From an uncultured Gemmatimonadales bacterium (GTDB lineage: Bacteria > Gemmatimonadota > Gemmatimonadetes > Longimicrobiales > RSA9), in the NCBI GenBank assembly GCA_963783305.1, contig CAWAMW010000014.1, positions 25,288-89,287 of the forward strand: a stretch of 64,000 nucleotides of DNA. The letters run 5' to 3'. Within the stretch, counting starts at the first letter, position 1; each line of letters begins with the position of its first letter. Made by a program: the position numbers and the translations under genes. This document shows, piece by piece, positions 33,654 through 43,241 of the stretch. The notes under the pieces are model-generated. The model saw only the letters and a program-made list of their open reading frames with translations. It was not told the DNA's origin and did not search any database.

Positions 33654-34595
33654 ATGTACGAGGAGTTCTTCGGACTGGAGGAACGGCCCTTCCGCCTGAC
33701 CCCCAATCCGCGCTACGTCTTCTATTCGGATCGCTATCGGAACGCCCTGGAGCAGCTCCATTTCGGCGTGGAAAACCGGGAGGGGTTCCTCCTCCTCACC
33801 GGGCTGGTGGGCACGGGCAAGACCACGCTGAGCCGCGACCTGCTCGAGAACCTCGATGACGGGCGGCACCGCACCGCGCTCATCTTCAATCCTTTCCTGG
33901 ACGCGCGTGAAATGCTGCAGGCGCTCCTCTCGGAGTTCGGCTGCAGTTATCCGCGCGACGCCACGAAGAAGGAGCTTCTGGACCGGCTCAACACGTTCCT
34001 CCTCGCCCAGCTCGTCCACGGGCAGACGTGCGTGGCGCTGTTCGACGAGGCCCAGCACCTGAGCGAGGAGTTCCTCGAGCAGGTGCGGGTCCTGAGCAAC
34101 CTGGAGACGGAGCACGAGAAGCTGCTCCAGATCGTGCTGGTGGGCCAGCCGGAGCTCCGGGAGCGTATCCAGCGGCCGTCGCTGGCGCAGCTGGACCAGC
34201 GAGTGGCGGTCCGATGCACGTTGAGCACGTTGAGCGAGGAGGAGACGGAGCGCTACCTCTATCACCGCATCAACGTGGCGGGCGGGCGCGGGGGTGTGGC
34301 CTTCGATCGGCGCGCGATCCGGATGATCCACCGCGAGTCGGAGGGCGTCCCGCGGCTGGTGAATCTCGCGGCGGACCGCGCGCTGCTGGCGGCGTACGTG
34401 GACCGGTCCACGACGGTGAAGCGGTCGCACGTCAAGAAGGGCCTGGAGTCGCTGCGAGGCGAGGAGCGGGAGGCGGTGTCGGCGGAGATCGGGAAGACGG
34501 GAGGGGTTGGTCGCGGCTGGGTTGTGGCGCTGCTGGTGGCGGCCGCGGTCGTGTTGGCGGTGGCGGCGTATCTCTACCTGGGAGGGCGTCCATGA
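33654..34595 (+). CDS. ExeA/MshM family AAA ATPase with C-terminal TM
   Basis: MYEEFFGL..RPF..TP, GLVGTGKTT, FDEAQHL, LVGQPEL, GVPRLVN. Confidence 0.93.
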   Translation: MYEEFFGLEERPFRLTPNPRYVFYSDRYRNALEQLHFGVENREGFLLLTGLVGTGKTTLSRDLLENLDDGRHRTALIFNPFLDAREMLQALLSEFGCSYPRDATKKELLDRLNTFLLAQLVHGQTCVALFDEAQHLSEEFLEQVRVLSNLETEHEKLLQIVLVGQPELRERIQRPSLAQLDQRVAVRCTLSTLSEEETERYLYHRINVAGGRGGVAFDRRAIRMIHRESEGVPRLVNLAADRALLAAYVDRSTTVKRSHVKKGLESLRGEEREAVSAEIGKTGGVGRGWVVALLVAAAVVLAVAAYLYLGGRP

Positions 34596-35788
34596 GCCTG
34601 ATCGCGGACGCCCTCAAGCGCGCGCAGGAGCAGCGGAGCGGGGGCAGCACCACTGACGACAGGGCCCGGCGGATGCTGCGGGCGCCGGGTCCGCTCCGCG
34701 TCGATGCCGCCGAGAGCACGGTGATGACGAGGCCGTTGGCGCTTGCCGTCACCGCCGTGGTGGCGGCCGCGCTGATCCTGGCGGGCTCCATCGTCATGGC
34801 GCCGGATGTGGAGCCGGTCTCGCCGCGCCTTCCGGCCGGCATCTCGAGCGGGGAAGCGCTTCCTCGCAGCGCGGTCGCCGGGGCTCCCGAGGGACTTGCA
34901 GTGAATGGGCCTGACGGGATCCCGGAGGGTCTGTCAGAACAGATCCTGGACGCTCGCGGTGTGGCTCCGGAGCGGCGCGCGGGTGGGCATCAGGGCGGGG
35001 ACCGGCCGCAGTCGGCAGCGCGGACCGGCAGCGGGACGGGGGGGGGCGGGGCCGAGGCGGGATCCGGTGCCGTCTCGTCCGCCCGGGCGCTGAACCCGAC
35101 CGCCCCTGCGGAGGCCCCGCCCGGGGCCGGCAGAGCCGATTCACGAGGCGCGACGCAGCGAGAGGACGGCGGCTCGTTCCGGATCCGTGTCCGCGGTGGC
35201 CTGGAGGCGCGGACGGCGGAGGAGCATGTGGTGGCGGCCCTCTCGGCGCATCGCGCGGGTGACCTGACGCGGGCTGCGTCCCTGTATCGTTCGGCGCTGG
35301 AGCTCCGGCCGGGGGACGCGGAGCTCTGGAACAACCTGGGAACGGTCTATCGGGCCCTCTCCCTGCCGGAGGAAGCGCTCGTGGCGCTGCGGGCGGCGGT
35401 GGAGGCGGAGCCGAGGTACGCGCCGGCATGGAGCAATCTGGGGGTGGTACTGGACATGCTCGATCGAGAGGGGGAGGCCATGGAAGCGTTCCGGGAAGCG
35501 CTGCGGCGCGATCCGGGCAACCTGGGAGCCAAGGTCAACCTGGCGAACAAGTACCACGCGCTGGGGATGCGGGGCGATGCTCGACGGCTCCTGGGCGAGG
35601 TGCTGCGGGTGGACCCGGCGCTCCCGGAAGCGCATTACGGTCTGGCGCGGGTGCAGGAGGACGAGGGGGAGATCGACGAGGCCGTGCGGCACTATGGTCT
35701 GTTCCTGGAGCTGGGTCGGGGCCGGTTCCCGGCGCTCGAGGAGCGGGTGGCGGATCACCTGGTCGGGCTGTCGGGAGCGGATCGGTGA
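34592..35788 (+). CDS. MshN-like membrane-anchored TPR protein
   Basis: MSLIADALKRA N-terminus, TM, low-complexity linker, TPRs (WNNLG, WSNLG, HYGLA). Confidence 0.8.
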   Translation: MSLIADALKRAQEQRSGGSTTDDRARRMLRAPGPLRVDAAESTVMTRPLALAVTAVVAAALILAGSIVMAPDVEPVSPRLPAGISSGEALPRSAVAGAPEGLAVNGPDGIPEGLSEQILDARGVAPERRAGGHQGGDRPQSAARTGSGTGGGGAEAGSGAVSSARALNPTAPAEAPPGAGRADSRGATQREDGGSFRIRVRGGLEARTAEEHVVAALSAHRAGDLTRAASLYRSALELRPGDAELWNNLGTVYRALSLPEEALVALRAAVEAEPRYAPAWSNLGVVLDMLDREGEAMEAFREALRRDPGNLGAKVNLANKYHALGMRGDARRLLGEVLRVDPALPEAHYGLARVQEDEGEIDEAVRHYGLFLELGRGRFPALEERVADHLVGLSGADR

Positions 35789-36405
35789 AGCGCGTTGCAT
35801 GGGGCGCGGTCTCGAGCGTGGTCCTCTGCGCGCTGGGGTGTGGTGGAGGCACGGTCGCACCCGTGTCCGGCCCGCCTCACCCTCTACCGGACGCGGCGCG
35901 TCCGGAGGTCGTGGTCGTGGAGCCGGCCATGGAGAGGGTGGATTCAGTGCTCCCGCGCGTCCACGTGGAGCAGGTGGCGGTGGGCCCGGGAATGGCAAGC
36001 GGGCCGCTCGGGATTCCGGTGGAGGACGAGGCGCCGGCGGTGGTGGAGGGGGTCGCCGAGTCGGGGCCGCCGACGGTGACGCTTACGGCCGTGGGAACCG
36101 AGATTCGGTCGCTGCTCGTGGTGCTGGCGGAGGCCGCGGGGGTCGATCTTCTCGTGGATCCCGCCGTGGTGGGGCGCGTGACGGTCCATTTTCAGGATGT
36201 CCCGGCCCGTGAGGCGCTGGAGCAGGTGATCCGTGGGACCGGCTACATGGTTGCCCGTCCGCTTACGGCGCCGTTCCCGCCCACCGTGTTCTACGTAGTG
36301 CCGGTGAATGTGGACGAGGCGGACGCGGCGACGATCCGCGCCCGCTTCGACGTCTCCTCGGAACTGGCGTGGTACATCCTGCGATCGCGGATCCCACGGC
36401 ACTGA
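35785..36405 (+). CDS. lipoprotein with stand-alone secretin N0/STN domain
   Basis: ALGC lipobox; IRSLLVVLAEAAGVDLLVDPAVVGRVTVHFQDVPAREALEQV. Confidence 0.75.
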   Translation: MKRVAWGAVSSVVLCALGCGGGTVAPVSGPPHPLPDAARPEVVVVEPAMERVDSVLPRVHVEQVAVGPGMASGPLGIPVEDEAPAVVEGVAESGPPTVTLTAVGTEIRSLLVVLAEAAGVDLLVDPAVVGRVTVHFQDVPAREALEQVIRGTGYMVARPLTAPFPPTVFYVVPVNVDEADAATIRARFDVSSELAWYILRSRIPRH

Positions 36406-36413
36406 TGGGGCGC

Positions 36414-36950
36414 CTAGTTGATCGGCAGTGCAAAGAAGCGGATCGTATCCTCCCCGGCGCTCGTGAAGCGCAGGCGTCCCAGGATCGAATCGTTGGCTTC
36501 GTCGATGTTCGCGTCGATCCGCTGGAACTCGGGGTAGGCCACGCCCGAGATGGAGACGGTAAGGTAGTCCACGCCGTCCTCGGTGCGGATCTCGAAGCCA
36601 TCCTGGATCAGTCCGCCGAACCCTGTCTCCAGCGTGCCCGTGGGGATCGAACGATCGATGTAGGGGCCTTCCCAGCGCGAGGTCAGGCCGGAGGGGTAGT
36701 TGTTGCCGCTGATATCGGTGTCCGTCCCATCGATCGGCGACACCAGGTCCTCGATGTCGGCGGGGTACCGATGGACGTTCACGAGGAACGCCTCCACACC
36801 GGAGCGGAGATTCGTGATGTCGCCGGTTACCCGGCCCACATCGGCCTTCCGGACCTGGTTGCTCACGGTGGGGACGAGGATGGCGGCCAGCGCGGCGAGA
36901 ATCGCCAGGATGACCAACACTTCGACGAGGGTGAAGCCTTTGCGGTTCAT
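36414..36950 (-). CDS. type IV pilin / GspG-like pseudopilin
   Basis: KG|FTLVEVLVILAIL class III signal, RYP..L..L, WEGPYI; in-frame alternative starts 36956, 36983, 36986. Confidence 0.9.
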   Translation of the reverse strand: MNRKGFTLVEVLVILAILAALAAILVPTVSNQVRKADVGRVTGDITNLRSGVEAFLVNVHRYPADIEDLVSPIDGTDTDISGNNYPSGLTSRWEGPYIDRSIPTGTLETGFGGLIQDGFEIRTEDGVDYLTVSISGVAYPEFQRIDANIDEANDSILGRLRFTSAGEDTIRFFALPIN

Positions 36951-36995
36951 GGGCATCGTTCGGTTCAATGGGTCGGGTTGCATCATGCTGTTCGG

Positions 36996-37028
36996 AGCAT
37001 ACAACCGGAGTGTTACTGCGGCGTTACT
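36996..37028 (-). promoter_or_regulatory. activator-type promoter of the pilin with direct repeats
   Basis: minus strand AGTAAC-N5-AGTAAC-N10-TATGCT, no -35 consensus. Confidence 0.6.
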
Positions 37029-37081
37029 CGACCGGCTCCGAATGTAACGGCGTCGCCACGGGCGGCCCGTGAGGTGGGGCC

Positions 37082-40000
37082 GTGACGTATCGCCTGCGTC
37101 TGTTCGGCCCACCGGTTCTGGTCGATGGAGACGGCGAGATCCCGTCGGGCCTCGGCCCTGGCAAACCCCTGGCTGTGCTCTGTTACCTCGCCCGTGAGGG
37201 AGAGGTCCGTCGGGAGACCGTGACGGCACTCCTCTGGGGGGAGTCCAGCGAGTCCAAGGCGCGCAACGCCTTCCGGCAGGCGCTTCATCGGCTGCGTTCC
37301 GCGCTGGGCGCGGACCTGGTCCCCCACGACCCGGACACGGTCCGGATCGCGGGCGGGATCGACCTCTGGGTCGACACGGTCGAGTTCGAGCGGGCGCTGG
37401 CGGAGGGCCGGCCGGAGGACGCCGTCGAGCTGGTGGCGGGGGATTTCCTGGAAGGCTTCGAAGTCGGGGAGCCGGACTTTGACCACTGGGCGGACGGAGA
37501 GCGGGCGCGGCTCCGGGCCCGGTTCCGGGGCGCCCTTCGGGATGCGGCGGGGAACGCGCTGGGAGAGGGTCGCCTGGACGAGGCGGTGCGGCAGGCGCGG
37601 AGACTGGCGGAGGAGGACCCGCTGGACTCGGTGGCCGCGGTACTGGAAGCGAAGACGCTGACGGCGGCGGGCCGGGCGGAGGAAGGCCGTCGGCTGCTGA
37701 CAGAGCACGTCGAGCGGTACCGCGCGGAAGTGGGGGACGACCCGCCGGAGGATGTAGCCACCGCGCTCTCGGGGCTGCGAGAACCGGAGGGAGAGTCGCA
37801 GGCTGCCCCGGCGGCGGTGGAGTCCACGCTGCGGCCGGAAGCGGTGAACGCACTGCTGGCGGTGTGGCGGTCGGCGGTGGAGGGCGACGCCGGCGTCGTG
37901 CTGCTGGAGGGTGAGCGAGGCTCGGGGAAGACGTGGATGGTGGACGAACTGATCCGCCGGGCCCGACCGCTGGACCGCCCGATGGTGCTCCGTGGCGAGG
38001 AGCGAATGGGCCGGCACGGGCTGCCGTTCGCCCCGGTGGCGGAGGCGCTGCGGGGCGTGTTGAGGGCGCGCGGTCTGGCGGGCGCGAGCACGCACCTCCT
38101 GGCGGAGGCCGCCCGTCTGCTGCCGGAGCTGAGGGACCGGTTCGACCTGCCGCTCCCTCCTCGGATCGACGACGAAACGGGACGCCTCCGCTTCTACGAG
38201 GGCGTGGCGTCGGTGCTGGACGCGGTGGCGTTCGAGCAGCCGGTGCTGCTGGTACTGGAGGCGCTCGATCGAGCCGACCCGCCGACTCTCGAGCTGGTGC
38301 AGTTCCTGACCTCACGGCTGGGCGACGCGTCGATCCTGTTCGTCCTGAGCCACGAGGGTGGACGTGGCGGGGGGGTGCGAGAGCGGTTTGCCGGTGCGGA
38401 TCTCATGACGCTGGCGCCTCTCTCGGTTCCGCGACTGGAAGCGCTGCTGGAGGTGCGGCTCCCGGACCTCGGCCCCATGGCGCGGGCGGAAGTGGCGGCG
38501 GCGTCGGATGGCAATCCGGGGCGGGCGTTGGAGCTGGGTCAGCGCCGGCTGAGGGGAGAGCCCATCGGGGGAGCGCCAGTGCCGCTCCGCGACGCGCTGC
38601 GGGGGCGCCTCGCGGCGCGGAGCCCCCGAGAGCGTCGGATCCTGCTGGTGCTGGCACTGGTGGAGCGGCCGCTCCCCATCCGACTGGTGGCGGCGGCGAG
38701 CCACCTCCCGGAGGGTGCGGTGCTGGACCGCGTCGGACCGCTGCGGCAGGCGGGTCTGGTCCGGGAGCGGGAACACGGGATCGGACTCCCTGAGGGCCCC
38801 GCGACGGAGCTCGTGCTGGAGACGGCGGGAAGCGCGGGGCGGGGTCTGCTGGCCGCGTGGACCCTCGAGGCGCTGGCGGCGGAGCGAGCGGCGTCCGACG
38901 CCGAACTGGCGGGGCTGGCCATGGAGGCGGGGCGCGCCGAAGAGGCGGCGCGCTACGCGGAGGCCGCGGCCCGGACGGCTATGCGAGTCGGTGCGTACGA
39001 CCTGGCGCGGGAGCACCTGGAGCGGGCGCTGAGCTGGACAAAGGAGCCCGGGTCGCGCGCCCGGCTGGAGCGAGCGCTGGCGGGGCTCGGAGCCGGTGGG
39101 CCGCGGCTGCCGCCGAGGGCCGGGTCCTGGGGAGAGCAGGAAGGTCCCAGGCCGGACGCGGCCGCGTGGCCGGGGGGGAAAGAGGGTCCCGAGGAGAAGG
39201 AGGAGGTGAGGGGGCTCGCGATGCCCGCGTCGCGCTCGCGCCTCGGAATCCTCGTGGGCGCGCTCGGGGCCATCCTCGTGCTGGTGATCCTGGGCGTGGT
39301 GGAGATCCCGGACTACGCCCGCCGGGACACGCTCTCCCCGGCGAGTCGGATCGTCCGCGACACGCTGGTGCTGGTGCGGACGGATCCGGACGGGGGAAGG
39401 ACGCGGCTGGCGTTCACCGGTGACCCCTCGACGGCGCTGGACGGCCGTGTCCCCGTCCTCGGCTCGCCCGCGGAGCCCCGATGGATCGAATCGCTCGAGG
39501 CGGCCGGGCTGCCTGCACTGTTCTCACCTGAGCGCGAATGGGTGGCGGTGGAGGGGCAATCCATGGGTGCGCCAACGCTCCTTGCGGTGTCGGTGGACCG
39601 GTCGGACACCGTGCGGCTGGACTCGGGGGCGGAGCGGTTCGACCCGCTGGGCTGGGCCCCGGAGGGGGACCGTCTGCTCTTTGCTCGCCAGGGCTCTGCC
39701 GGAGTGGCGGAGCTGTGGGCGGTGCGGCTGGTGGACCAGGAGCCGGTGGCCATCGACACGACAGGCCGGCATGTGCTCGAGGCGGTGTGGTCACCAGACG
39801 GCACGCGCGTGGCCTGGACCGCACGTGCCCGCGGGACCGGCCGCGCCGTCTACGTCGCGTTTGCCGATGGGAGCGAGCCGCGCCGGCTGACCGATGACAG
39901 CACCGACGATTATCACCTGGTCTGGGCGCCCGACGGCGAGCGGGTGGCGTTCACGAGTGACCGGGCGGGCAACGCAGAGATCTTTGCCGTCGAGATCCGG

Positions 40001-41008
40001 ACGGGCCGCCTGTGGCGTCTGACGTGGGACGACGCCCATGACGACCGCCCCGCCTTCTCGCCGGACGGCGAGTTCCTGGCGTTCGAGTCGACGCGCGGCG
40101 GGGAGGCCGCCGTGTACGTCATGTCCTCCTGGGGTGGTCAGCCCCAGCGGGTCACCGCTCTCGGCCAGCGCGTCCAGCACGCCGGCTGGCGCGGCTATCC
40201 GCCGCCGCACCTGAGCCACCTCCGGTTCAGCGTGCCGGAGCCATTGGGAGCGGGAGAGCGGGCGCAGCTGAGCGTCGAGCCCGTGTTCAACGACTACGTT
40301 TCGCGGAACACCGGCGCGATCCGCTGGCGCGCTCTGGATCCCCAGGTCGTGGACCTGGCGGAGGAGACCGGCGACGCGTCGCCCAGGGCGGTCACGGCCG
40401 ACACGGTAGTGGTAGCTCGGCGGGAGGGGCTCGCGCGGTTCGCCGTCAGCGCGGGCGGGTGGCGGGAGGACACCGTATTCGTGAAGGCGGGCCTGCAGCC
40501 TGCGGTGATGGTGGATGGTCCATTGACGTCAGCCGGTTGGAGCCAGCGGGGAGACGGGGTCGTTTCGCGCCCGAGCTATCCGGTGGACTACGGGCTCTCG
40601 GCCGAGCTGACGGTCCCGCAGGAGGATCTTTCCGGGTCCGGTATTCTCGAGCTGGCGCTCGTCTCGCCTCAGGAGAGCGACTCGGGTCCCGTGGACGCCT
40701 CGCTGCTTCTGGCGCGTCTCACGCTGGACCTGGGGACGGGCCAGCTCCGGCAGGTCGTGGAGCGTGAGGAGCACCGGACCCGGCTGGCGCAGCCCGAACG
40801 AGGCGCGGCGGCCGGGCCGTTGAGACTGGGGGTCACGGTGGGCGAGGAGGGCCGTGTCGCGTTCAGCGTGGGGGGGGACACAGTGTGGCAGTCGAGCCTG
40901 CGACTGACCGGCGCCGGGTTTCCCGTGCACCGGGTCCGGATCCTGGTGGACGCCCCCCCTCGGATCCAGGCCGCCGGACGGGTTCGGGTGGTGGTGGGCG
41001 GCCCATAG
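37082..41008 (+). CDS. membrane-spanning SARP (wHTH+BTAD) regulator with P-loop NTPase and C-terminal TolB/PD40 propeller
   Basis: LRLFGPP, LLWGE, RQALHRLR, GDFLEG, FDHW...ER; GERGSGKT; TM 39242-39301; WSPDG/WAPDG/FSPDG repeats. Confidence 0.88.
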   Translation: MTYRLRLFGPPVLVDGDGEIPSGLGPGKPLAVLCYLAREGEVRRETVTALLWGESSESKARNAFRQALHRLRSALGADLVPHDPDTVRIAGGIDLWVDTVEFERALAEGRPEDAVELVAGDFLEGFEVGEPDFDHWADGERARLRARFRGALRDAAGNALGEGRLDEAVRQARRLAEEDPLDSVAAVLEAKTLTAAGRAEEGRRLLTEHVERYRAEVGDDPPEDVATALSGLREPEGESQAAPAAVESTLRPEAVNALLAVWRSAVEGDAGVVLLEGERGSGKTWMVDELIRRARPLDRPMVLRGEERMGRHGLPFAPVAEALRGVLRARGLAGASTHLLAEAARLLPELRDRFDLPLPPRIDDETGRLRFYEGVASVLDAVAFEQPVLLVLEALDRADPPTLELVQFLTSRLGDASILFVLSHEGGRGGGVRERFAGADLMTLAPLSVPRLEALLEVRLPDLGPMARAEVAAASDGNPGRALELGQRRLRGEPIGGAPVPLRDALRGRLAARSPRERRILLVLALVERPLPIRLVAAASHLPEGAVLDRVGPLRQAGLVREREHGIGLPEGPATELVLETAGSAGRGLLAAWTLEALAAERAASDAELAGLAMEAGRAEEAARYAEAAARTAMRVGAYDLAREHLERALSWTKEPGSRARLERALAGLGAGGPRLPPRAGSWGEQEGPRPDAAAWPGGKEGPEEKEEVRGLAMPASRSRLGILVGALGAILVLVILGVVEIPDYARRDTLSPASRIVRDTLVLVRTDPDGGRTRLAFTGDPSTALDGRVPVLGSPAEPRWIESLEAAGLPALFSPEREWVAVEGQSMGAPTLLAVSVDRSDTVRLDSGAERFDPLGWAPEGDRLLFARQGSAGVAELWAVRLVDQEPVAIDTTGRHVLEAVWSPDGTRVAWTARARGTGRAVYVAFADGSEPRRLTDDSTDDYHLVWAPDGERVAFTSDRAGNAEIFAVEIRTGRLWRLTWDDAHDDRPAFSPDGEFLAFESTRGGEAAVYVMSSWGGQPQRVTALGQRVQHAGWRGYPPPHLSHLRFSVPEPLGAGERAQLSVEPVFNDYVSRNTGAIRWRALDPQVVDLAEETGDASPRAVTADTVVVARREGLARFAVSAGGWREDTVFVKAGLQPAVMVDGPLTSAGWSQRGDGVVSRPSYPVDYGLSAELTVPQEDLSGSGILELALVSPQESDSGPVDASLLLARLTLDLGTGQLRQVVEREEHRTRLAQPERGAAAGPLRLGVTVGEEGRVAFSVGGDTVWQSSLRLTGAGFPVHRVRILVDAPPRIQAAGRVRVVVGGP

Positions 41009-41103
41009 TTCAGCACGCTGCTGTGCTTCCCGCTACGGCGGCGGCGGAGATCGACCGGCGAGGCCGCAGCGATCGCTCGCGCACCGCCCCTTTCAGCAGC
41101 CCG

Positions 41104-42063
41104 TCAGACCACCCGGGCCGATGCGCCCTTCTCTTCCACCAGACGCCGGAAGTGCGGGATCGTCCTGCGGAGGCCCTCCTCGAGCTGGAATTCCGGCTCC
41201 CAGCCCAGGATCTCTCGGGCCAGGGTGATGTCGGGCTGCCGGACGGTGGGATCATCGGTGGGGAGCGGCCTGTAGTCGATGGTGGACGAGCTGCCGGTGA
41301 TCTCGATCACCTTCTCGGCCAGCTCCAGGATGGTGAACTCTTCCGGGTTGCCGATGTTGACCGGCCCCACATGGTCGGACATGAAGAGGCGATAGAGCCC
41401 ATCGATCTCGTCGGAGACATAGCAGAAGGACCGGGTCTGTGAGCCGTCGCCATAGACGGTCAGGGGCTCCCCCCGCAGGGCCTGCACGATGAAGTTCGAC
41501 ACGACCCGGCCGTCCCCCGGCCGCATCCGTGGGCCGTACGTATTGAAGATCCGCACGATCCTGGTGTCCACCTGGTGGAACCGGTGGTAGGCCATGGTCA
41601 TGGCCTCGGCGAACCGCTTCGCCTCGTCGTAGACGCCACGCGGGCCGATGGGATTGACGTTCCCCCAGTACGACTCCGTCTGCGGGTGGATCTCCGGGTC
41701 GCCATAGACCTCGGAGGTGGACGCCAGGAGGTAGCGAGCCCCCTTGGCCTTGGCGAGGCCGAGGGTCTTGTGGGTGCCGAGGCTGCCTACCTTGAGCGTC
41801 GGGATCGGCATCTCGAGGTAGTCCACGGGACTGGCGGGGCTCGCGAAGTGGAGCACCCCATCGAGGGGCCCTTCCACGTGGATGTAGTCCACCACGTTGT
41901 ACTCGACGAACGAGAACTGTCTGTCGCCGAAGAGGTGGGCAATGTTATCGGCGTGGCCGGTGAGGAAGTTGTCCATCCCGATCACCTCGTGGCCCTCGGC
42001 GATGAACCGGTCGCAGAGGTGTGACCCGAGGAAGCCGGCGGCGCCGGTGATCAGTATTCGCAT
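41104..42063 (-). CDS. UDP-glucuronate decarboxylase (UDP-xylose synthase) family SDR
   Basis: [41 protein letters not shown]. Confidence 0.92.
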   Translation of the reverse strand: MRILITGAAGFLGSHLCDRFIAEGHEVIGMDNFLTGHADNIAHLFGDRQFSFVEYNVVDYIHVEGPLDGVLHFASPASPVDYLEMPIPTLKVGSLGTHKTLGLAKAKGARYLLASTSEVYGDPEIHPQTESYWGNVNPIGPRGVYDEAKRFAEAMTMAYHRFHQVDTRIVRIFNTYGPRMRPGDGRVVSNFIVQALRGEPLTVYGDGSQTRSFCYVSDEIDGLYRLFMSDHVGPVNIGNPEEFTILELAEKVIEITGSSSTIDYRPLPTDDPTVRQPDITLAREILGWEPEFQLEEGLRRTIPHFRRLVEEKGASARVV

Positions 42064-42068
42064 GTATC

Positions 42069-43040
42069 TCAGCTGTTTGAGTGTTCGCGGAGCCACTGGA
42101 CGAAGCGCGGGATGCCCTCTTCCACGGGGGTGGAGGGCTGATACCCGAGCAGGTCCTGGGCCTTGTCGACATTGGCGTAGGTACGCTGCACGTCGCCGGG
42201 CTGCATGGGCAGCCTGCGGATCTCCGGCTCAACGCCGAGGGCGTCTCCGATGAGCGTGATCAGGCGCCGGAGCGACGTGGTGCGGTTCCCCCCCAGGTTG
42301 ATGATCTCGAACTCGGACGGGTGCGTGCGCGTGCGGTCGATGGCCGAAATGACGCCGGTGATGATGTCGTCGACCCAGGTGTAGTCGCGCTCGGTGTCGC
42401 CGTCGCCGAACATGGGAATCGGCTCTCCGCGCATCAGGAGCGTGGCAAACTTGCGGATGGCCAGATCCGGTCGCTGCCGGGGCCCGTACACGGTGAAGAA
42501 CCGGAGCGCCTGGATGGCGGTGCCGTGGAGGTGGTAGTGCGCGTGGCAGAGGAGCTCGCCGGCGCGCTTGGTGGCGGCATAGGGCGAGATCGGTTCCTCG
42601 ACGGGGTCGTCTTCGGAGAAGGGGACCGTCTCATTGTTCCCGTACACTGAGGACGACGAACCGAATACGAAGCGGTCGATCCCGCGCTCGCGGGCGAGCT
42701 CGAGCATCGCCTGGGTGCCCATGAGGTTTGCGCGGGCGTAGGCGACGGGGTCGGCGATGGAAGGTCGGACGCCGGCCTTGGCGGCCAGGTGGACGACCAC
42801 GTCGAAGTCCCTGCCATCGAGGGCCGCGCGGAGTCCCGGAAGGTCGGCGCAGTCGGCCTCGATGAGCTCGAACGCGGGACTGTCCGCGGCCTTCCTCACA
42901 TTGGCCCGCTTCTCCGCGGGGTCGTAGAAGGGGTCGAAGTTGTCGACGCCCACCACATGCGCTCCGCGGTCGAGGAGGCGATCGGAGAGATTGCTGCCGA
43001 TGAAACCGGCTGCGCCGGTGATGAGTACGCGATCTGTCAT
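42069..43040 (-). CDS. NAD-dependent epimerase (UDP-glucuronate 4-epimerase-like)
   Basis: [44 protein letters not shown]. Confidence 0.9.
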   Translation of the reverse strand: MTDRVLITGAAGFIGSNLSDRLLDRGAHVVGVDNFDPFYDPAEKRANVRKAADSPAFELIEADCADLPGLRAALDGRDFDVVVHLAAKAGVRPSIADPVAYARANLMGTQAMLELARERGIDRFVFGSSSSVYGNNETVPFSEDDPVEEPISPYAATKRAGELLCHAHYHLHGTAIQALRFFTVYGPRQRPDLAIRKFATLLMRGEPIPMFGDGDTERDYTWVDDIITGVISAIDRTRTHPSEFEIINLGGNRTTSLRRLITLIGDALGVEPEIRRLPMQPGDVQRTYANVDKAQDLLGYQPSTPVEEGIPRFVQWLREHSNS

Positions 43041-43241
43041 GCCGCTCCGCATCGAGGAATGGTCGGCAGCCAAGATACCCGTTCCGGCGGTGTGCGAAAA
43101 GCCGTCGCAGGGTGGCCATATCGCCCTCTCCGGTTATCTTGTCGGCGCCGCCGGCTGGCGGGAGGGGCCGGCAGGAGACGAGGTGCCTGAGAGCGGCGGA
43201 GACCCGCCGAAACCGTGTCGCTGGGATCAGAGGGAGTAAAG

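Noticed and set aside
33654..34595. PEP-CTERM/exosortase-associated ATPase
   Set aside because: Same broad family, but no exosortase or PEP-CTERM protein in the window, and the position between secretin and TPR protein fits MshM.
36951..38315. N-terminal 455 aa of the 633-aa minus-strand ORF as a giant pilin
   Set aside because: Pro/Ala-rich antisense of the SARP gene; the class III signal starts near 36950.
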